Assembly: GCA_051294375.1 (NCBI GenBank)
Contig: JBJCIZ010001245.1
Span: 1-6,578 of the forward strand
Direction: 5' to 3'
Origin: Paraspadella gotoi
Taxonomy: Eukaryota; Animalia; Chaetognatha
Length of the DNA stretch: 6,578 nucleotides
Both the position numbers and the translations under genes were made by a program. Numbering within the stretch: position 1 is the first letter of the stretch; each line of letters starts with the position of its first letter. This document shows, piece after piece, positions 1 to 6,350 of this stretch. The notes beneath the pieces are model-generated. The model searched no databases. It saw only the letters and a list, made by a program, of their open reading frames with translations, and was not told the DNA's origin.

Positions 1-144
1 TCTTTTTTCTTTTTTACATGATAAAAAAAACTGCAGTTTCCCTCGCGATGACAGGATTTTTGAGTTTTTGAGAGATTTCATGACGGTTCAGTTCTCGCCA
101 AAAAAAAAAAGTCGATCCTATCGTCGTCGATCGAGACTGTCCCC

Positions 145-257
145 GGGCGGCGTTTCCATTGGTCGGCTCCGGTCGGAGAAGTGATCTGATTGGCCAGTTT
201 ACGTTGTCACCTTGAGATTCCTCATTGGTTCGTAGAGTTTTGCTTCGTTTTGATTGG
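145..257. promoter_or_regulatory. Putative Pol II promoter: GC box plus four phased CCAAT (NF-Y) boxes
   Basis: GGGCGG at 145-150. ATTGG at 158, 189, 224 and 253, reading GACCAATGG, GGCCAATCAG, AACCAATGAG and GTCCAATCAA on the minus strand. Three match RRCCAATSR fully and the fourth has one flank mismatch. Spacing is 31/35/29 bp. Confidence 0.6.
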
Positions 258-365
258 ACGACAAATTCGCTACGGGGTCAGGATTTGGATTCGCTTAGCC
301 GCCCGCGATGACTACTATGACTCGCTCTCTGTCTTTCTGAAAGAAAACAAAATATTTTCATGAAA

Positions 366-419
366 GAAGAGAGAGAAAGAAAATCAGAGAGAGAGGAGAG
401 AGAGAGAGAGAGAGAGAAG

Positions 420-475
<56 letters not shown>
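366..475 (+). repeat. Imperfect (GA)n microsatellite
   Basis: Direct reading: long GA run with single-base slips. Confidence 0.97.
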
Positions 476-544
476 CGCCTCTTCCGTCGCGAGGGATTCG
501 ACTTGGAGGTCGAATGACGAGAGCTTGGCGTGCGTCGACGAGGC

Positions 545-600
545 AGCTTCGCACCGCCCCCCCAAGGGGCTGGCCGGAACTACCACCCCTTTCATTAAAG
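545..600. repeat. Dispersed GC-rich element, copy 1
   Basis: AGCTTCGCA (545-553), CCCAAGGGGCTG (561-572) and CCCTTT..AAAG (587-600). The same boxes occur in the same order at 3920-3982. Confidence 0.65.
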
Positions 601-814
601 AGAGTAGCCGTAGAAAATGGGGGCAGCCCCGCTGGAACGCGGCTTCGTGGAAAAGGAGGACAATTCTAAAGGAATGAGCTCAGCGTCGTTATCAATTTTG
701 TAGTTGTTGTTGTCCTCGGGAAAAGCGTCTTAGTGAGACAATAATAAAATGAAACGTGGAAAAGGTGAAATGATGAGGAGAGTAGAAAACAATTGAATGA
801 AAGATAGAAATAAG

Positions 815-840
815 GAAAGAAAGAAAGAAAGAAAGAAAAA

Positions 841-888
<48 letters not shown>
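815..888 (+). repeat. (GAAA)n tetranucleotide microsatellite
   Basis: Direct reading. One interruption near 836-842; A/G-rich low complexity continues to about 971. Confidence 0.97.
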
Positions 889-1067
889 CAGAACGACAGA
901 ATAAAAAAGAAAAGAAATGGAAAAAAAAGAAACGAAAAGAAACGAAAAAAAAAGGAAAGAGAAAAAGAGAGTAAAACAAATTGAGCAACGCGCGTCGCCT
1001 CTAGGCGATTTGTGGTCGGAAATCTCCAAAATAAAAATTTCCATATTACGGTACTTCCAAAAAAATT

Positions 1068-1162
1068 CTTTATTTTTTCTCTTTTTTCTTTTTTGTTACA
1101 TCAATCCTCTTTTCACTTTCTCTTCTTCTTTTCTTCTTCTTTTTTCTTCTCTTCTTCTCTTC
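1068..1162 (+). repeat. T/C-rich low-complexity tract with degenerate (TTC)n
   Basis: Direct reading (tcttcttcttttcttcttctttttcttctcttcttctcttc-like). Confidence 0.85.
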
Positions 1163-2221
1163 GACCGAAAGGTGATTCCTCGAGAAAGCTGGTTTTTTCA
1201 TGCTCCGTCGATGATCGAATGGATCGAACATGGTCACCGTGACGGCGATCGAGCGCACGGGAGAATCGAAAGCCTTGGAAGGATGATTTCGCACGAGCGC
1301 GCAGGGAAATAGCATATATAATGATAAAATATGATATTTTCGTTAAAAAGCGGAAACGAAGAAAAAGGTAAAAAAGTTAAAAAAACTAAGTATTTTTACA
1401 AAGTTACTGTTTAAAGTTTACATGAAAAATATGTTCATGTTTTGAAAATGTATGACGATTATACAAATTAAATGAAAAATATGCATCCGCTTGTTTTCTG
1501 GCCGATTGAATTAAAAGTAAAATTAAATCCCCTTGTTTTCCTGCAAACCTGCCAAGATATAAAAATAATAATCGGCTAACTTTGAAAAACGACTGAGTTT
1601 TCAAAATGAGCGCGAAAATTAAACCACTGTTGTCAAACAACTCAACAGTGTTGTTATTTTTGGCTTTTGGGTAGTTTCTATTCCCCCACCGGACTTAAGC
1701 GAACTGACTCCCTCTCTTACGTGAATTCGATCCAACCTATCTTATCACAAATTTCAAGTTTTTTTCTTTTCTTCTCCGTAACTTTTTTTTTCTCTTCCTG
1801 GAATTCTAATTGGTTTTTCGTCCGGGATATCACGTCGACTTCCGTCGGCAAATTTTATCTCGTTAAGCTTTTAATAGTTATCTCCTATCTTTTTTTTTAA
1901 TTTTAGATGAATTTAAAGTGCGCTAAATTTGGCTAAAAGAAACTAAAGAGGTTGTAACATTGAGTTGGAAAGAGAAAATTGAAAATAAAAATCCATAGAA
2001 AAAAAAAGAGCAAATAAAGGAGAGAAGAGAAGCCAATTAAAATAAATGGTTTATATTCTCGCAGCTGGCGTTGAAAAAAACAACTATTTCGGATTTTACC
2101 TTTGAATTTTCAATTAAAAAAAAAGGCGAGGTTTTTGAGAATTTTATGAATCAGCAATCATCTAGCCAAATATCAGGTGGGAATCTAGAACAAATTTGTG
2201 TGAATTCCTGGGCGAGTGATT

Positions 2222-2226
2222 GAGAG

Positions 2227-2292
<66 letters not shown>

Positions 2293-2322
2293 AGAGAGAC
2301 AGACGAGAGAGAGAGAAGAGAG
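2222..2322 (+). repeat. Imperfect (GA)n microsatellite
   Basis: Direct reading. Confidence 0.97.
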
Positions 2323-2847
2323 GAAGAAAGAATAGAAAAGAGAATAATTTAGCGAAAGAGTTTTAACTGGCAGAGTAAAACTTGAATCTTTGTAAAAACC
2401 TTACGCAAATAGTTTTCGCTTTTAACGAAAATTTTTTTCCTTTTTTTACTAAAAAAACTAAAAACTAGAAAAAAGATCGAAAAACTTTTAGGTGAGAGCT
2501 AGACGAGGACAAACAAAAGGAAAAGAAATAGGAAGAAACAGGAAGAAAACTAGAAAGAGATAAAAAAATAGGAATTAATTATAAATTTTAAAAAATAAAA
2601 GGCAAGAAAACAAAATTAATCAATAGCAAGAGTGAGAAAAATATCATAGGAAGAAAAAAAGAAGAGCATCCAAAAGAGAATAAAAATAGTAAAGAATGAT
2701 GTTAGTAAATATAAATCATAACAAATTAGAATTACAATAAAAGAGAAAACTAAAATTGTCGCCATTTGAAAAAATGAAGAAATGGAATTTGTGAGAACAT
2801 GCAAATTAGTGAGTTCAGTTCTTCGTTTGATATGCGTTTCTGGTGGA

Positions 2848-2871
2848 AGAGAGAGAGAGAGAGAAGGGAGA

Positions 2872-2928
<57 letters not shown>
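2848..2928 (+). repeat. Imperfect (GA)n microsatellite
   Basis: Direct reading. Confidence 0.97.
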
Positions 2929-2931
<3 letters not shown>

Positions 2932-3104
2932 GCTTAGTTTTTTTTAATCTTTTTATATTTCAATTTCACGCATCGATTCTTTCCATTCATTAATCCATTG
3001 GTTTTGATTGCTATTTTTATTCGTTTATTTAAGAAAATAAATATTATTTGTTGTTTTGAAAAAAAACCGCGACATCCTTTATAATAAAACTCAGGGAAAT
3101 CTCT

Positions 3105-3440
3105 GCCTCCGTGCCGTGGCGCCGGAGTCCGCAGCAGATGGCGGCGCCCGGCGCTGGGCTCTCCGCCGCAGGCACCGTGTGTGTGTGGAGAAAACGCTTC
3201 GCGCGCGCTGCGGACCAACTGTTGCTCGTGGAGTCGAATCCATTGATCGTGACTCAGCGACGCAAATAAACTCAGTCTCTCTACTCTCGCGGCGCGCCCG
3301 GCGGGGAGAGGAGGCGAGGGTGAGGCGGGCGAGGAGAGAGAGCGGAGAGATAGATAAGAGACATGAGACACAAAACGCGAAGAAAAATGTGAGGCGTGAA
3401 GGTAATGGAGTGGCCTGGTGATGGAAGGGGCGTGGCAAGA
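3105..3440. promoter_or_regulatory. GC/CpG-rich island with CTCF/YY1-like, AP-1/ARE and Sp/KLF motifs (putative promoter, enhancer or insulator)
   Basis: Sharp GC rise against AT-rich flanks. GCAGCAGATGGCGGC at 3131-3145, GTGACTCAGC at 3249-3258 and GGGGCGTGGC at 3427-3436. TATA-like TTTATAATAAAA lies just upstream at 3078-3089. Confidence 0.45.
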
Positions 3441-3773
3441 CCTTTATTTACTTTTTATTTACTTTCTTTTTCCTTGATAATGAAGTTTTTCACGTCCGTT
3501 TTAATTTCTCGAACATTTTTGTCCGCAATCTTCTTGAAAATGTGTAATACCTGAATTAGTTCTACCGTAAAATGTTTAAATTGTTAATATTTTTAAAGTT
3601 ATGAACATCGCGCACGGTAACCTAAGATACTAAAATTCTGCCACTTTTGTAACTATGAGAATTGTTGTTTTTAAAAACTATGTAAATATTTATCTAATTT
3701 GATACATGTAGATTTTTCTGTTTACTAATATTTATCCTCGGTGTCAAATCTTCGCCTAAATCATCTGTCGTCG

Positions 3774-3820
3774 GTTGTTGTTGTTATCCTCGTTCACCCT
3801 CGTTCCCTCGATTCCTCGGG
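3774..3820 (+). repeat. (GTT)4 followed by a degenerate 8-10 bp tandem repeat with a CCTCG core
   Basis: GTT x4 at 3774-3785. CCTCG at 3788, 3798, 3806 and 3814. Confidence 0.75.
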
Positions 3821-3919
3821 CGGCGTCTTGTTTGCGTGACATACATTAATTGTTACAAACGAAAAGAAAAAAACAAACAAAGATAGTAAGACGGAGTAAA
3901 AGTGCACGAAAGTAAGCAA

Positions 3920-3982
3920 AGCTTCGCAACCCTGGTGTCCCAAGGGGCTGAGTAAATCTAAGTCCGCGCTCCCTTTAAAGGG
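3920..3982. repeat. Dispersed GC-rich element, copy 2
   Basis: AGCTTCGCA (3920-3928), CCCAAGGGGCTG (3939-3950) and palindromic CCCTTTAAAGGG (3971-3982). Matches 545-600. Confidence 0.65.
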
Positions 3983-4258
3983 ATAGAGATAAAAAAAAAC
4001 ATTTCCATAAGAAATCGGAAATGACTATTAAGAAAATAAGAACCTCGTATAGCGGATTTTTGGCATGTATATATATTTAAACTAAAGATTAAATCTTACT
4101 TTAATTGTCTAGATATGTGGGCTAGACCCAGTTTAAAAAGCTCGAATAAATCAAATTAGTTTATCTTCAGGGGAACTAATATCCTTAGTTCCTTCAAACT
4201 TAGATGACGAAAAAAGTGTCACTTAAAACTTAATTTCATATTCTTTTTTCGGCAATCA

Positions 4259-4300
4259 CTCTCCTCTCTTTCTCCTCTCTCTCTCTCTCTCTCCTCCCCA

Positions 4301-4332
<32 letters not shown>

Positions 4333-4354
4333 CTCTCTCCCTCCCTCCCCCTTC
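4259..4354 (+). repeat. Imperfect (CT)n microsatellite / polypyrimidine tract
   Basis: Direct reading. It is the only long (CT)n tract on the + strand. Confidence 0.96.
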
Positions 4355-4457
4355 GTCCAATAAAGGTTCACAAGTCACCAGATCATTCAATGGCAATTTC
4401 GCCGAGGCTTTAACTGGGATTTAAGTCGGACAGTTTTAATGAGGAGATAATCTGATC

Positions 4458-4522
4458 AGGGAGAAAAGAGAGGGAGAGTAAGAACGAGAGAGAGAGAGAG
4501 AGAGAGAGATAGAAGAGAAGAG

Positions 4523-4558
<36 letters not shown>

Positions 4559-4601
4559 ATAGAGAAGAGAGAGAGTCAGAGAAGAGGAGAGAGAGAGAGA
4601 G
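4458..4601 (+). repeat. Imperfect (GA)n microsatellite
   Basis: Direct reading, with many single-base interruptions. Confidence 0.96.
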
Positions 4602-5141
4602 CAAACGGACAGACAGACAAAGAATATTCTAATCTAGAGCTAAAATCTCGAGATCCCAAGCGAGGGGGGAAAAAAAATTAAAAAAATCGAATACTGGGGA
4701 ATAAAAAAAGAAAAGCTCTGAACAACTTATTTTCGCGTGCGCCATGAGTTTATTTTTGTTATGTAATTTTGCCTATATAAACACTCATTTGGGATTAGAA
4801 AATTGGTTGAATACTATAAATTAATTAGAGAATGATTCCGGCGTGATGACAATAATGTAGGAAATTAAGAAAAAAAATATGAAAAAATAGAAAATAAAGA
4901 AAAAAGATCTAACAGAGAAAGAAAATAATGAATTAACTTTGAAAATTAAAAGCAAACCGAAAAACGAAGACGCAAAACTTCTAATCCTATATTTTTGCAT
5001 TTGGGGGTGCGCTTTTATGGAGAAGATAAATAAGTTTCAACTTTGCAAATCTTGAAAAAAAATTTAAAAAAATTTAGTTAAGAGAGAATAAGGAAAAAAG
5101 AAATAAAAAAAACGAATGAAAGAAGAAAGGAACGAAAGAAG

Positions 5142-5161
5142 TATATATATATATATATATA
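5142..5161. repeat. (TA)10 microsatellite
   Basis: Direct reading. Confidence 0.95.
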
Positions 5162-5880
5162 TTATATGATTATGAAAGAAAGAAAGGCTAAAGAAAGCGA
5201 AAATTAAAAAAAAAAGCCTCGGGGGAAAAAAAAAAACTTTTACAAATGCATCATAAAAATAAAATTAAAATTTCCTATTCTTTTCTTTCAAGCCGTGCAC
5301 GGTACGGGGGGACTGGAAATTTAATTGAGTCCGCTGAAGTCGAAGCTTTTTAATGAGTTTTAAAGGTGGAACAAAAGAAAATGAGCGAAACTGACGAGGG
5401 CGCTCGTTCAATCGTTCATTCTGAAGCGAGCGTCTGGGTGCGAGAACGAGGGAAAAAAAGAGTCCCAGGAATAAGAGAAATAACATTCAATTCACATCAT
5501 TCTACATATCAGCTTTTAAAAAAAACAATATACGAAACGTATCTATCACAAGCATCTGTTAAATTTAAAAGTTAATAGTTAAGTTATTGTTAAAAATTAG
5601 TAAAGTAAAACTCAAACGCAGGTTCTTTTTTCGATTATCCGCTAGATTTCTTGAATGGCGACAGAAAGTTCGGCTCAGCGGGGAAAAGTTTTTTTTAACC
5701 AGGGTGATTTTTTTGTTTTGTCTCTCTTTTTTTTTTCGGGAAAATACTCTTTCTTAGATTACTTTTTTTTATTACATAAAAACAGCCAAGAACAAGAAGT
5801 TGAAATCCTTTTTGTTTTTAATAATCTTAAATATTCTCGCCCACCCTGTAACGCTCCCGTAGTTTGTTTCGTGTCGAAAG

Positions 5881-5902
5881 CCCTGACCCCCAAGGGTTAG
5901 GG
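5881..5902 (+). other. GC-rich stem-loop (9 bp stem, CCAA loop)
   Basis: CCCTGACCC-CCAA-GGGTTAGGG pairs fully on the + strand with one G-U wobble. Function unknown. Confidence 0.5.
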
Positions 5903-5948
5903 ACCAGGGAAAGAGAATTAACACCGTGCATTTCTACCACATCCGGAT

Positions 5949-6060
5949 TTACATTTTCTCGATAAAACGAGTGGTTACATCCCTTTGGCAGGTATTTTTG
6001 CTTTTTAGTTACATTCCTGGATGTCTAAACATTTTTAGGTTACATCTCTCGTGAAATGTC
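5949..6060 (+). repeat. Degenerate ~30 bp tandem repeat / TTACAT motif cluster
   Basis: TTACAT at 5949, 5975, 6009 and 6040. The last two units share TTTTTAG(G)TTACAT...ATGTC. Confidence 0.55.
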
Positions 6061-6165
6061 ATGTTGCGGTCGCACAGAAGGATTTCGATAAAAAAATGAG
6101 GTAGATGAAGTTCTTGCGGTTGACAATTTAAAAGGTTTTAAAAGGGAGAAAGTAAAAGGTTTTTG

Positions 6166-6314
6166 TCTTGTCTTTTCTTTTCTTTTTTTTCTTTTCTTTT
6201 CTTTTTCTTTTCTTTTCTTTTCTTTTTCTTTTTTTTTTTTTTTTTTATTTTTTTTTTTTTTTTTTTTTTTTTTTTCTTTCTTTTCTTTCCCTTTTATTTC
6301 CCCCTCTTTTCTTT
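6166..6314 (+). repeat. (CTTTT)n / poly-T pyrimidine tract
   Basis: Direct reading. Includes T18-A-T28 at 6229-6275. Confidence 0.95.
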
Positions 6315-6316
6315 AT

Positions 6317-6350
6317 AAAAAAAAAAAAAATAAAAAAAAAAAAAAAAAAA
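6317..6350 (+). repeat. Poly-A tract (A14-T-A19) followed by TA-rich sequence
   Basis: Direct reading. Confidence 0.95.

Noticed and set aside
535-600. Canonical HDV-like ribozyme on the minus strand (also tested at 3915-3985)
   Set aside because: Copy 1 leaves only 8 nt for P3-L3-P3' and has no P4 hairpin. Copy 2 lacks the L3 CC needed for P1.1 and has no clean P3.
278-1044. ORFs 278-595, 360-677, 692-988 and 730-1044
   Set aside because: They are translations of (GA)n and (GAAA)n (ER, SL and FLSF runs). They are open only because the repeats lack stops, and they show no domain signal.
917-1315. Overlapping ORFs including SKAFDS, which resembles the non-LTR reverse transcriptase motif DxxKAFD
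   Set aside because: The catalytic Asp upstream is absent (NHPSKAFDSP), no other RT motifs follow, and the rest is low-complexity K/R or F/S.
1690-1735. tRNA-like words GGACTTAAG and TTCGATCC
   Set aside because: No cloverleaf, acceptor stem or A box can be built, and the B box is imperfect.
2934-3438. ORFs across the GC island, including LSLFASLSHDQWIRL, which resembles the helix preceding cNMP-binding domains
   Set aside because: No cNMP beta-barrel motifs follow. Three overlapping frames are open, as expected for stop-poor GC-rich DNA.
4021-4260. LRR-like pattern FKKLEQIKLVYLQGNQYPQF when TAA/TAG are read as Gln
   Set aside because: It is a single repeat only, and another frame of the same DNA reads equally protein-like under that code, so it is not discriminating.
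5293-5302. Perfect 10-bp palindrome CCGTGCACGG (also ACGCGCGT at 988-995 and TCGCCT-CT-AGGCGA at 995-1008)
   Set aside because: A few palindromes of this size are expected by chance in 6.6 kb, and there is no supporting context.
5383-5455. Hammerhead ribozyme (CUGACGA plus stem II)
   Set aside because: Stem II is followed by GGGU rather than GAAA. The nearby GAAA abuts CUGACGA, leaving no room for stems I and III or a cleavage triplet.
5949-6060. CRISPR-like array
   Set aside because: The shared core is only 6-7 nt with a period of about 30 bp. There is no repeat-spacer architecture and no cas genes.
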